A DNA stretch of 64,000 nt from the NCBI GenBank assembly GCA_964106915.2, contig OZ066914.1; one strand, written 5' to 3'. The notes beneath the pieces are model-generated. The model was not told the origin of the DNA and made no database searches. It saw only the letters and a program-made list of their open reading frames with translations. Each line of letters begins with the position of its first letter. Position 1 is the first letter of the stretch. Positions 61,301 to 64,000 of this stretch are shown here, piece by piece. This DNA is from Podarcis gaigeae. Taxonomy: Eukaryota. The position numbers and the translations under genes are program-made.

Positions 61301-63461
61301 GGATAAACTCGATTAATGCATCAGGGAAGTCAAAATATATGAATTCAGCTTCCGCATAAAACAAATATTTTTTTTAAGTGCCGGAGGTTGAAAAGAAGAA
61401 AACTGAGATCCCAGCTTTCAAGAAAAGGGAAGAAAAAGAAAAACCTGTGCCTGAACCAGCAAAAGGTACAAACATGCAGTGCTCTTATACAGTGCTTATA
61501 CAACTAAAACCGCATTTGATCTTGAATATTGGTCTGTGAGCTGCACTAATCTTTAAAACAAGCCAGCTATAAATGCTCCCATCTTTGTGCTCTTCCAGCT
61601 GCTCCTTAATTCTTCATGCAGTACCTCATTTCTTCTTCTTCTTCTTCATTAAATGTCCTCTTATTTGTCTTTATATGGTTCAAGCCTGTTCTGTTCCCCT
61701 GAAGTAGTATATGAATTTCTTTAAGGCTTCTGTTAACTGTGCTGTTTGTCTCTCCAACTATTTTAATGCATTTTGTTGGCTTTGCAATGTTCTGTTAAAA
61801 AAAATAATTGATTGAACTACTTGTTATTTTTTTTGTTCAAAGTTCCAGAGCCTAAACCAGCCACAATTCCTGAACCAAAGCCTGCTACAGGTAGGACATT
61901 TTGAAACCACTGATTATAGACCATTTTCCTCCAATCTAGTTAACTCTGGTGTTAGCATAAAATCAATGGAGCACCAATATAATTTGAGCTTTTTTGAATC
62001 CCACCCTACGTCCTTATGTGCTGGTGCAACTCCTTGTTTTATCAGACTGTGGGCTTACATTTTAGCATTTGTAAATTATGCAATCACATTTGAGAATTCT
62101 GTAGTGTTCTGCTTATGTTTTGCTTGTTAAAGATCCATTCCAACAAGTTTGCTTCATCCCAGCTAATACCACTGTCTGTTTCTGTAAGAAACTAAGGCAG
62201 GTGAAAATCTATTTCACGATTCTAAGAAGTACTAGCAGTTCAAATCTATTCAGAAGTAAGCCCCATTGCCTTCAATGGGACTTACTCCCAGATAAATATG
62301 TGTAGGATTGCAGACTAAAAGGATTTTTTAAAAATGTGTATTGTCTAATGTTAATCATTGTTGTGCAGAAGTAGGTCCACTTAACTCAGTGTGGCCTTCC
62401 TAGTATGTGTGTTGAGGATTGCAACCTCAATAAATATATATATATATATATTAACTTTTTCTACAGCCCTAAAATCTCCTAAGCCTCCCGCAGAACCCAA
62501 ACCTGAAGCAGCTCCTTTAACAACGCCAGTGGTTGGAAAGAAAGCAGGTATGACTATTACTTCAGTAATATATTCAAGGGCGGGACTGTATTATTATTCT
62601 GTAATATATTCAAGAGCAGGGTTGTATCACAATTCTATGAACTTTTGTATGAGTAGTCATGAGCACAACAATCATGAGAGAGTTTAAATGTTCTTACTCA
62701 CAAAAATATTTACAATACACAACTCACTCAAGAACCTTTAGGGATCACATCTTGTTGTGCTATCAGTGTTCTTCAACGTCGAGTCTTCAGATGTGGTTGG
62801 ACTACAACTCCCAGCCTCCTTAATCAATGGTGAAGGGAGATGTAGTGCAACAACATTTTGGGCCCAAACCTTGAATGGACACTGTCCTAAATAACATGCA
62901 CATGTATAACCCCAATACAGTCTCTGCCACACATCTTTCACCCAGGACTCAATGATAGCAGATGGGGAAATGGGTACACTTAGCGGGAGGGCTTGAGGGT
63001 CCAAGAAGATGACACGACCATTACCACGAGGGAGGGAAATGAGGCTGAATTAAACCATTCATTCATTCATTCATTCATTCATTCATTCATTCATTTGAAT
63101 ATGCACAACTTCTCAGAAGTAATATGAATGCAAGAAGAAGCAACNNNNNNNNNNNNNNNNNNNNNNNNNNNNNNNNNNNNNNNNNNNNNNNNNNNNNNNN
63201 NNNNNNNNNNNNNNNNNNNNNNNNNNNNNNNNNNNNNNNNNNNNNNNNNNNNNNNNNNNNNNNNNNNNNNNNNNNNNNNNNNNNNNNNNNNNNNNNNNNN
63301 NNNNNNNNNNNNNNNNNNNNNNNNNNNNNNNNNNNNNNNNNNNNNNNNNNNNNNNNNNNNNNNNNNNNNNNNNNTTATCTAATACTGCTGTTGCTGTTTT
63401 ATGTCAGAGCCTAAAACTACACCAAAGGAAGAAGCTGGCAAGGCTAAACTTCCTATTAAAG
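1..63461 (+). CDS. TTN: Titin, partial multi-exon CDS: I-band tandem Ig, N2A element and PEVK region (about 93 exons; gene extends beyond both ends of the window)
   Basis: Spliced exons give titin-type Ig domains (PP.F...C...G..P..V.W.K...D.G.Y.C.A.N..G), the N2A unique sequence ([47 protein letters not shown]) and dozens of VPEVPKK...PPAK modules, all with GT-AG introns and consistent phase. Confidence 0.99.
524..811 (+). CDS. TTN: TTN tandem Ig exon (288 nt)
   Basis: CAG| [12 protein letters not shown]...[10 protein letters not shown] |GTAAAT. Confidence 0.95.
971..1249 (+). CDS. TTN: TTN tandem Ig exon (279 nt)
   Basis: TAG| [11 protein letters not shown]...SCTTQLFVK |GTTTGT. Confidence 0.95.
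1348..1626 (+). CDS. TTN: TTN tandem Ig exon (279 nt)
   Basis: TAG| [11 protein letters not shown]...SQSTVSIL |GTTTGT. Confidence 0.95.
1739..2017 (+). CDS. TTN: TTN tandem Ig exon (279 nt)
   Basis: TAG| [11 protein letters not shown]...SCSALLTVQ |GTGAAT. Confidence 0.95.
2921..3208 (+). CDS. TTN: TTN tandem Ig exon (288 nt)
   Basis: CAG| [12 protein letters not shown]...SSAKLILT |GTTTGT. Confidence 0.95.
3408..3695 (+). CDS. TTN: TTN tandem Ig exon (288 nt)
   Basis: TAG| [12 protein letters not shown]...SCTAQLNIK |GTACTG; TAGAAG tandem acceptor. Confidence 0.95.
4364..4654 (+). CDS. TTN: TTN tandem Ig exon (291 nt)
   Basis: CAG| [12 protein letters not shown]...LCTSSVVIK |GTCAGT. Confidence 0.95.
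5716..6003 (+). CDS. TTN: TTN tandem Ig exon (288 nt), last Ig before N2A (I79 equivalent by position)
   Basis: CAG| [12 protein letters not shown]...SCKSKVTIK |GTACAG. Confidence 0.95.
6072..6313. mobile_element. Tc1/mariner (Tigger-like) MITE
   Basis: TA-CAGTGGTACCTC...GAGGTACCACTG-TA terminal inverted repeats with TA target duplication; internal AACCTGAA repeats. Confidence 0.85.
6689..6784 (+). CDS. TTN: TTN N2A exon: linker and start of I80 (96 nt; missed by ORF track)
   Basis: CAG| [32 protein letters not shown] |GTAAGC. Confidence 0.93.
6910..7192 (+). CDS. TTN: TTN N2A exon: I80 and start of UN2A
   Basis: CAG| [19 protein letters not shown]...EGDLRAKLK |GTAAGT (phase 2 end). Confidence 0.95.
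7870..8170. mobile_element. Penelope-like element fragment
   Basis: GTAGCCGTG.TGGTCTG...GTAGCACCTTAGAGACCAAC...AAGCTTTC...TCTTCAGATAC resembles reptile Penelope terminal repeats (from recall); boundaries approximate. Confidence 0.55.
8282..8465 (+). CDS. TTN: TTN N2A unique sequence (UN2A) exon
   Basis: TAG| [61 protein letters not shown] |GTAAAT. Confidence 0.97.
8977..9066 (+). CDS. TTN: TTN UN2A exon (90 nt)
   Basis: CAG| [30 protein letters not shown] |GTAGTT. Confidence 0.95.
9178..9445 (+). CDS. TTN: TTN N2A Ig I81 exon
   Basis: CAG| [10 protein letters not shown]...[14 protein letters not shown] |GTAAGT. Confidence 0.96.
9532..9792 (+). CDS. TTN: TTN N2A Ig I82 exon
   Basis: CAG| [10 protein letters not shown]...[10 protein letters not shown] |GTTTGT. 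Confidence 0.96.
10296..10505 (+). CDS. TTN: TTN N2A Ig I83, first exon
   Basis: CAG| [17 protein letters not shown]...HNVTADDE |GTAATG. Confidence 0.96.
10612..10689 (+). CDS. TTN: TTN N2A Ig I83, second exon (78 nt)
   Basis: CAG| [26 protein letters not shown] |GTTAGT. Confidence 0.95.
10811..10837 (+). CDS. TTN: TTN 27-nt micro-exon at the N2A/PEVK junction
   Basis: long pyrimidine tract CAG| EIKLEVKPP |GTAAAG. Confidence 0.92.
11461..11490. repeat. (ATTCC)6 microsatellite
   Basis: direct reading. Confidence 0.9.
11903..11950 (+). CDS. TTN: TTN PEVK exon (48 nt)
   Basis: CAG| [16 protein letters not shown] |GTAAAC. Confidence 0.88.
12061..12117 (+). CDS. TTN: TTN PEVK exon (57 nt)
   Basis: CAG| [19 protein letters not shown] |GTATTA. 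Confidence 0.85.
12234..12311 (+). CDS. TTN: TTN PEVK exon (78 nt)
   Basis: TAG| [26 protein letters not shown] |GTACTA. Confidence 0.9.
12900..12977 (+). CDS. TTN: TTN PEVK exon (78 nt)
   Basis: CAG| [26 protein letters not shown] |GTAAAG. Confidence 0.88.
14193..14237. repeat. (TAT)15 microsatellite next to a splice acceptor
   Basis: direct reading; ends 7 nt before exon 14245. Confidence 0.95.
14245..14484 (+). CDS. TTN: TTN PEVK E-rich exon (240 nt)
   Basis: TAG| [10 protein letters not shown]...[27 protein letters not shown]...QIRKE |GTATGT. Confidence 0.92.
14785..15494 (-). mobile_element. 5'-truncated L1/Tx1-like LINE fragment, interrupted by a Sauria SINE
   Basis: 14-bp TSD GCAGAAAATATTTC at 14771-14784 and 15495-15508; A/T tail at left end; minus strand reads [10 protein letters not shown], like a squamate L1 ORF2 C-terminus (from recall). 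Confidence 0.7.
14830..15172 (-). mobile_element. Sauria SINE
   Basis: (AAAGGT)n tail at left, tRNA-like head (reverse complement GGGATGCGGGTGGCGCTGTGGG) at right; TSD TTTACAAGCGTA/TTTACAAATGTA. Confidence 0.92.
15769..15861 (+). CDS. TTN: TTN PEVK exon (93 nt)
   Basis: CAG| [31 protein letters not shown] |GTATGG. Confidence 0.87.
16053..16130 (+). CDS. TTN: TTN PEVK exon (78 nt)
   Basis: TAG| [26 protein letters not shown] |GTAATA. Confidence 0.85.
16765..16830 (+). CDS. TTN: TTN PEVK exon (66 nt)
   Basis: AAG| [22 protein letters not shown] |GTACAA; in-frame alternative CAG at 16770. Confidence 0.85.
17757..17840 (+). CDS. TTN: TTN PEVK exon (84 nt)
   Basis: TTTAAAG| [28 protein letters not shown] |GTAACT. 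Confidence 0.85.
18161..18211 (+). CDS. TTN: TTN PEVK exon (51 nt)
   Basis: TCTTTAAAG| [17 protein letters not shown] |GTAGAT. Confidence 0.82.
18639..18701 (+). CDS. TTN: TTN PEVK exon (63 nt)
   Basis: TCTTTAAAG| [21 protein letters not shown] |GTAGAT. Confidence 0.87.
18767..18903. mobile_element. hAT-type palindromic MITE
   Basis: CAGGGTTTCCCAAA...TTTGGGAAACCCTG TIRs; 8-bp TSD ATTTAAAC/GTTTAAAC. Confidence 0.85.
19087..19152 (+). CDS. TTN: TTN PEVK exon (66 nt)
   Basis: [22 protein letters not shown]; AAG/GT. Confidence 0.9.
19462..19542 (+). CDS. TTN: TTN PEVK PPAK exon (81 nt)
   Basis: [27 protein letters not shown]. Confidence 0.92.
20177..20538 (+). mobile_element. Sauria SINE
   Basis: GGGACGCGGGTGGCCCTGTGGTCTAAACC head; GCAGTTCGAAAGCAC...GGCCACATGACCCGGAAG core; TTTACCT tail. 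Confidence 0.92.
20678..20761 (+). CDS. TTN: TTN PEVK PPAK exon (84 nt)
   Basis: [28 protein letters not shown]. Confidence 0.92.
21083..21163 (+). CDS. TTN: TTN PEVK PPAK exon (81 nt)
   Basis: [27 protein letters not shown]. Confidence 0.92.
21508..21579 (+). CDS. TTN: TTN PEVK PPAK exon (72 nt)
   Basis: [24 protein letters not shown]. Confidence 0.92.
21797..21868 (+). CDS. TTN: TTN PEVK PPAK exon (72 nt)
   Basis: [24 protein letters not shown]. Confidence 0.9.
21924..22386 (+). mobile_element. Retroposed LINE 3'UTR-like fragment with (AAT)n tail
   Basis: TSD AAAAAGACTATTG (21911-21923) / AAAAAGACCATTG (22387-22399); T-rich body, AATAAA, then (AAT)n. Confidence 0.7.
22539..22622 (+). 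CDS. TTN: TTN PEVK PPAK exon (84 nt)
   Basis: [28 protein letters not shown]. Confidence 0.92.
22752..23490. mobile_element. hAT-type non-autonomous element, interrupted by a Sauria SINE
   Basis: TIRs CAGGAATGGGGAACCT ... AGCTTCCCCATACCTG. Confidence 0.65.
22893..23272 (+). mobile_element. Sauria SINE
   Basis: GGACGTGGGTGGCGCTGTGGTCTAAGCC head, CCTTTACGTTTA tail; TSD CCTCCTTGAGTA/CCTCCTTGGGTA. Confidence 0.92.
23694..23798 (+). CDS. TTN: TTN PEVK exon (105 nt)
   Basis: [35 protein letters not shown]. Confidence 0.92.
24850..25008 (+). CDS. TTN: TTN PEVK poly-E exon (159 nt)
   Basis: CAG| [20 protein letters not shown](EREEEISY)n...EVT |GTATGC. Confidence 0.85.
25888..26008. mobile_element. 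hAT-type MITE, degraded
   Basis: CAGGGATGGAGAACC...TCCCTG ends; shares the ATGGGAGTTGTAGTCC core with the 18767 and 47249 copies. Confidence 0.6.
26164..26217 (+). CDS. TTN: TTN PEVK exon (54 nt)
   Basis: CAG| [18 protein letters not shown] |GTATAC. Confidence 0.8.
26652..26735 (+). CDS. TTN: TTN PEVK PPAK exon (84 nt)
   Basis: [28 protein letters not shown]. Confidence 0.92.
26773..26907. mobile_element. hAT-type MITE
   Basis: TIR TAGGGTTGCCATA...TATGGCAACCCTA; perfect 8-bp TSD GGCAAAAT. Confidence 0.88.
27118..27183 (+). CDS. TTN: TTN PEVK exon (66 nt)
   Basis: [22 protein letters not shown]. Confidence 0.9.
27513..27593 (+). CDS. TTN: TTN PEVK exon (81 nt)
   Basis: [27 protein letters not shown]. 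Confidence 0.9.
28031..28114 (+). CDS. TTN: TTN PEVK PPAK exon (84 nt)
   Basis: [28 protein letters not shown]. Confidence 0.92.
28936..29019 (+). CDS. TTN: TTN PEVK exon (84 nt)
   Basis: [28 protein letters not shown]. Confidence 0.92.
29335..29409 (+). CDS. TTN: TTN atypical PEVK-region exon (75 nt)
   Basis: TAG| [25 protein letters not shown] |GTATGA; phase 1-1; resembles exon 17757. Confidence 0.72.
30802..30885 (+). CDS. TTN: TTN PEVK exon (84 nt)
   Basis: [28 protein letters not shown]. Confidence 0.9.
31054..31380 (+). CDS. TTN: TTN PEVK poly-E exon (327 nt)
   Basis: [19 protein letters not shown](QYEEEEVT)n...VPPPPPPAK |GTAACA. Confidence 0.92.
32040..32420 (+). mobile_element. 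Degraded tRNA-derived SINE (Squam3-like) containing a nested MITE
   Basis: tRNA-like head GGACTGTGGCT..GTGGTAAA.CATCTGCTTTG..TGTAGAAGGTTC..GTTTCAATCCCTGGC and GAGCTAGATGGACC.AGTGGTCTG 3' part. Confidence 0.55.
32148..32351. mobile_element. Tc1/mariner-type MITE
   Basis: TA-CAGTCACACCTTGG...CCAAGGTATGACT TIRs. Confidence 0.7.
32626..32712 (+). CDS. TTN: TTN PEVK PPAK exon (87 nt)
   Basis: [29 protein letters not shown]. Confidence 0.92.
32891..32968 (+). CDS. TTN: TTN PEVK PPAK exon (78 nt)
   Basis: [26 protein letters not shown]. Confidence 0.92.
33282..33359 (+). CDS. TTN: TTN PEVK PPAK exon (78 nt)
   Basis: [26 protein letters not shown]. Confidence 0.92.
33397..33538. mobile_element. 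hAT-type MITE (same family as 18767)
   Basis: CAGGGTTTCCCCAAACTT start and CTGCTAGCTAGGGAT core. Confidence 0.75.
33814..33897 (+). CDS. TTN: TTN PEVK PPAK exon (84 nt)
   Basis: [28 protein letters not shown]. Confidence 0.92.
34159..34242 (+). CDS. TTN: TTN PEVK PPAK exon (84 nt)
   Basis: [28 protein letters not shown]. Confidence 0.92.
34422..34502 (+). CDS. TTN: TTN PEVK exon (81 nt)
   Basis: [27 protein letters not shown]. Confidence 0.9.
35302..35656 (-). mobile_element. Sauria SINE
   Basis: (AAAGGT)n tail at left; perfect 12-bp TSD TTTAACAGGGTA at 35290 and 35659. Confidence 0.93.
36081..36164 (+). CDS. TTN: TTN PEVK PPAK exon (84 nt)
   Basis: [28 protein letters not shown]. Confidence 0.92.
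36545..36619 (+). CDS. TTN: TTN PEVK PPAK exon (75 nt)
   Basis: [25 protein letters not shown]. Confidence 0.92.
36748..36822 (+). CDS. TTN: TTN PEVK PPAK exon (75 nt)
   Basis: [25 protein letters not shown]. Confidence 0.92.
37064..37138 (+). CDS. TTN: TTN PEVK PPAK exon (75 nt)
   Basis: [25 protein letters not shown]. Confidence 0.92.
37252..37345. mobile_element. Short palindromic MITE (ATCCTAT...GTAAGTCCCATTG...GGACTTAC...ATAGGAT family)
   Basis: about 90-bp hairpin; related degraded copies near 7261, 48410, 52110, 57960 and 62245. Confidence 0.6.
37457..37540 (+). CDS. TTN: TTN PEVK PPAK exon (84 nt)
   Basis: [28 protein letters not shown]. Confidence 0.92.
37739..37791 (+). pseudogene. 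Relic of a PEVK exon (pseudo-exon without acceptor)
   Basis: reads [18 protein letters not shown] but is preceded by TATTTTTTAAC (no AG) and ends CCTAA-GTTTGT. Confidence 0.6.
38027..38365 (+). CDS. TTN: TTN PEVK poly-E exon (339 nt)
   Basis: [26 protein letters not shown]...(YEEAPE)n...EVPPAI |GTATAT. Confidence 0.92.
38686..38769 (+). CDS. TTN: TTN PEVK PPAK exon (84 nt)
   Basis: [28 protein letters not shown]. Confidence 0.92.
39598..39675 (+). CDS. TTN: TTN PEVK exon (78 nt)
   Basis: [26 protein letters not shown]. Confidence 0.92.
39893..39976 (+). CDS. TTN: TTN PEVK exon (84 nt)
   Basis: [28 protein letters not shown]. Confidence 0.92.
40136..40219 (+). CDS. TTN: TTN PEVK exon (84 nt)
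   Basis: [28 protein letters not shown]. Confidence 0.9.
40720..40803 (+). CDS. TTN: TTN PEVK exon (84 nt)
   Basis: ACTAATATCTTTAAAG| [28 protein letters not shown]. Confidence 0.87.
41436..41519 (+). CDS. TTN: TTN PEVK exon (84 nt)
   Basis: [28 protein letters not shown]. Confidence 0.88.
41661..41741 (+). CDS. TTN: TTN PEVK exon (81 nt)
   Basis: [27 protein letters not shown]. Confidence 0.9.
42187..42273 (+). CDS. TTN: TTN PEVK exon (87 nt)
   Basis: [29 protein letters not shown]. Confidence 0.88.
42462..42542 (+). CDS. TTN: TTN PEVK exon (81 nt)
   Basis: [27 protein letters not shown]. Confidence 0.87.
43508..43600 (+). CDS. TTN: TTN PEVK exon (93 nt)
   Basis: [31 protein letters not shown]; in-frame alternative CAG at 43513. 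Confidence 0.85.
43746..45539 (+). CDS. TTN: TTN giant PEVK exon (1794 nt, 598 codons)
   Basis: TTTAAAG| [17 protein letters not shown]...ATESPPLK |GTAGAC; open throughout (ORF 43667..45580); internal 26-aa-type repeats. Confidence 0.88.
45795..45865 (+). pseudogene. Frameshifted PEVK pseudo-exon / candidate poison exon
   Basis: CTAATATCTTTATTGAAG| [13 protein letters not shown] (TGA 45833-45835) ...GG|GTAAGA; 71 nt. Confidence 0.7.
46597..46680 (+). CDS. TTN: TTN PEVK PPAK exon (84 nt)
   Basis: [28 protein letters not shown]. Confidence 0.92.
47042..47116 (+). CDS. TTN: TTN PEVK PPAK exon (75 nt)
   Basis: [25 protein letters not shown]. Confidence 0.92.
47249..47384. mobile_element. hAT-type palindromic MITE
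   Basis: TIR CAGGCTTCCTCAA...TTGAGGAAGCCTG; perfect 8-bp TSD CACTAAAC. Confidence 0.9.
48585..48659 (+). CDS. TTN: TTN PEVK PPAK exon (75 nt)
   Basis: [25 protein letters not shown]. Confidence 0.92.
48830..49014. mobile_element. Tc1/mariner-type MITE
   Basis: TA-CAGTAGTACCTTGG...CCAAGGTACCACTG-TA. Confidence 0.82.
49134..49217 (+). CDS. TTN: TTN PEVK PPAK exon (84 nt)
   Basis: [28 protein letters not shown]. Confidence 0.92.
49260..49377. mobile_element. hAT-like MITE
   Basis: TIR CAGGGCTATTTTTC...GAAAAATAGCACTG; internal GCCGGAACTC and TCTGGCACCTCT repeats. Confidence 0.7.
49764..49788. repeat. (TG)n microsatellite
   Basis: direct reading. Confidence 0.9.
49852..49935 (+). CDS. TTN: TTN PEVK PPAK exon (84 nt)
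   Basis: [28 protein letters not shown]. Confidence 0.92.
50230..50313 (+). CDS. TTN: TTN PEVK PPAK exon (84 nt)
   Basis: [28 protein letters not shown]. Confidence 0.92.
50616..50687 (+). CDS. TTN: TTN PEVK PPAK exon (72 nt)
   Basis: [24 protein letters not shown]. Confidence 0.92.
51126..51194 (+). CDS. TTN: TTN PEVK PPAK exon (69 nt)
   Basis: [23 protein letters not shown]. Confidence 0.92.
51840..51911 (+). CDS. TTN: TTN PEVK PPAK exon (72 nt)
   Basis: [24 protein letters not shown]. Confidence 0.92.
53060..53137 (+). CDS. TTN: TTN PEVK PPAK exon (78 nt)
   Basis: [26 protein letters not shown]. Confidence 0.92.
53449..53547 (+). CDS. TTN: TTN PEVK exon (99 nt)
   Basis: [33 protein letters not shown]. 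Confidence 0.92.
53908..55323 (+). CDS. TTN: TTN second giant PEVK exon (about 1.4 kb; acceptor uncertain: start 53908, 53929 or 53935; the consensus acceptor giving start 53869 leads to a stop)
   Basis: open frame from 53904 to donor AAAG|GTATAT at 55323 (ORF 53946..55382); three internal repeats of about 150 aa. Confidence 0.75.
55715..55798 (+). CDS. TTN: TTN PEVK PPAK exon (84 nt)
   Basis: [28 protein letters not shown]. Confidence 0.92.
56088..56171 (+). CDS. TTN: TTN PEVK PPAK exon (84 nt)
   Basis: [28 protein letters not shown]. Confidence 0.92.
56420..56503 (+). CDS. TTN: TTN PEVK exon (84 nt)
   Basis: [28 protein letters not shown]. Confidence 0.92.
57224..57307 (+). CDS. TTN: TTN PEVK E-rich exon (84 nt)
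   Basis: [28 protein letters not shown]. Confidence 0.9.
57760..57855 (+). CDS. TTN: TTN PEVK exon (96 nt)
   Basis: [32 protein letters not shown]. Confidence 0.9.
59587..59830. mobile_element. Tc1/mariner-type MITE
   Basis: TA-CAGTGGCACCTCAGTTTTC...GAAAACTGAGGTAACACTG-TA. Confidence 0.82.
60134..60211 (+). CDS. TTN: TTN C-terminal PEVK exon (78 nt)
   Basis: [26 protein letters not shown]. Confidence 0.9.
60791..60886 (+). CDS. TTN: TTN C-terminal PEVK exon (96 nt)
   Basis: [32 protein letters not shown]. Confidence 0.9.
61379..61465 (+). CDS. TTN: TTN C-terminal PEVK exon (87 nt)
   Basis: [29 protein letters not shown]. Confidence 0.9.
61843..61890 (+). CDS. TTN: TTN C-terminal PEVK exon (48 nt)
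   Basis: [16 protein letters not shown] |GTAGGA. Confidence 0.87.
62467..62547 (+). CDS. TTN: TTN C-terminal PEVK exon (81 nt)
   Basis: CAG| [27 protein letters not shown] |GTATGA. Confidence 0.92.
63056..63094. repeat. (CATT)n microsatellite
   Basis: direct reading. Confidence 0.9.
63145..63374. other. Assembly gap (230 N)
   Basis: run of n. Confidence 1.
63408..63461 (+). CDS. TTN: TTN C-terminal PEVK exon (54 nt)
   Basis: CAG| [18 protein letters not shown] |GTAAGA. Confidence 0.92.
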
Positions 63462-63732
63462 GTAAGAGAGATTAAAAAATGGAAAACTGCCCACCCCCAG
63501 CCTCTTTAAATATATAGTAATTGTGATCAAGAGTCCCAGTATTTATGCTATGAACTACCAAATAACTGACTATCTAGAATAAACCTGTGAGTCATTTGAC
63601 AAATGAATGGCAAAGACACTCACATACCCTTTGTAGTCAACATTTTTACAATGAGTAGTGTCTCTTCTTTCAGAGAACCTAGGTGGCAGTAAGCTAAATT
63701 TTACTCAAAGTAGAGACCTATTGAAATTAATG

Positions 63733-63973
63733 CAGTCAAACCTCGGTTGTTGAACATAATCCGATCCAGAAGACCATTTGACTTGCAAAACGTTCAGCAA
63801 CTGAATACTGAAAGCGGAAACCTAAATACAATATGGAAACTCAAAACAGAAGCCGCATACCATGTTCGGATTCTGAAAATCATTTGAAAACCAGAACAAC
63901 TATTTCCAGGTTTTCGGCGTTCAGGAGCCGAAACATTCCAAAACGGAGGTGTTTGGGAACTGAGGTTTGACTG
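63733..63973. mobile_element. Tc1/mariner-type MITE
   Basis: CAGTCAAACCTC...GAGGTTTGACTG-TA TIRs. Confidence 0.8.
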
Positions 63974-64000
63974 TAGACCTAACTTAGTCATGTCCATTAA

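Noticed and set aside
62556-62626. 36-bp tandem duplication just after the donor of exon 62467
   Set aside because: Small intronic duplication with no effect on frame or splice sites.
1-64000. Known special titin features (Novex exons, N2B exon, Cronos promoter)
   Set aside because: By titin gene order these lie upstream (Novex, N2B) or downstream (Cronos) of the segment covered, and no matching sequence was seen.

Overview
Eukaryotic genomic DNA covering the internal I-band part of titin (TTN) on the + strand. Four Sauria SINE copies point to a squamate reptile, probably a lacertid-type lizard. From GT-AG boundaries and continuous reading frame I read about 93 exons: the tail of one and eight complete tandem Ig-domain exons (1-6003), the N2A element (I80, UN2A, I81-I83; 6689-10689) and about 75 PEVK exons (10811-63461). 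Every PEVK exon is phase 1-1 and a multiple of 3 nt. Introns carry Sauria SINEs, hAT and Tc1/mariner-type MITEs, LINE and Penelope-like fragments and microsatellites, and there is a 230-N gap at 63145-63374. I found no new gene system. The most interesting signals are: two giant, internally repeated PEVK exons (1794 nt and about 1.4 kb), the second with an in-frame TAA behind its consensus acceptor; a frameshifted PEVK pseudo-exon that keeps intact splice sites; an ACTAATATCTTTAAAG acceptor motif more conserved than the exons it precedes; and apparent loss of the mammalian PKC-alpha serine in the C-terminal PEVK. Coordinates were counted by hand, and exon inclusion is untested. Comparisons with human titin are from recall and need an alignment.
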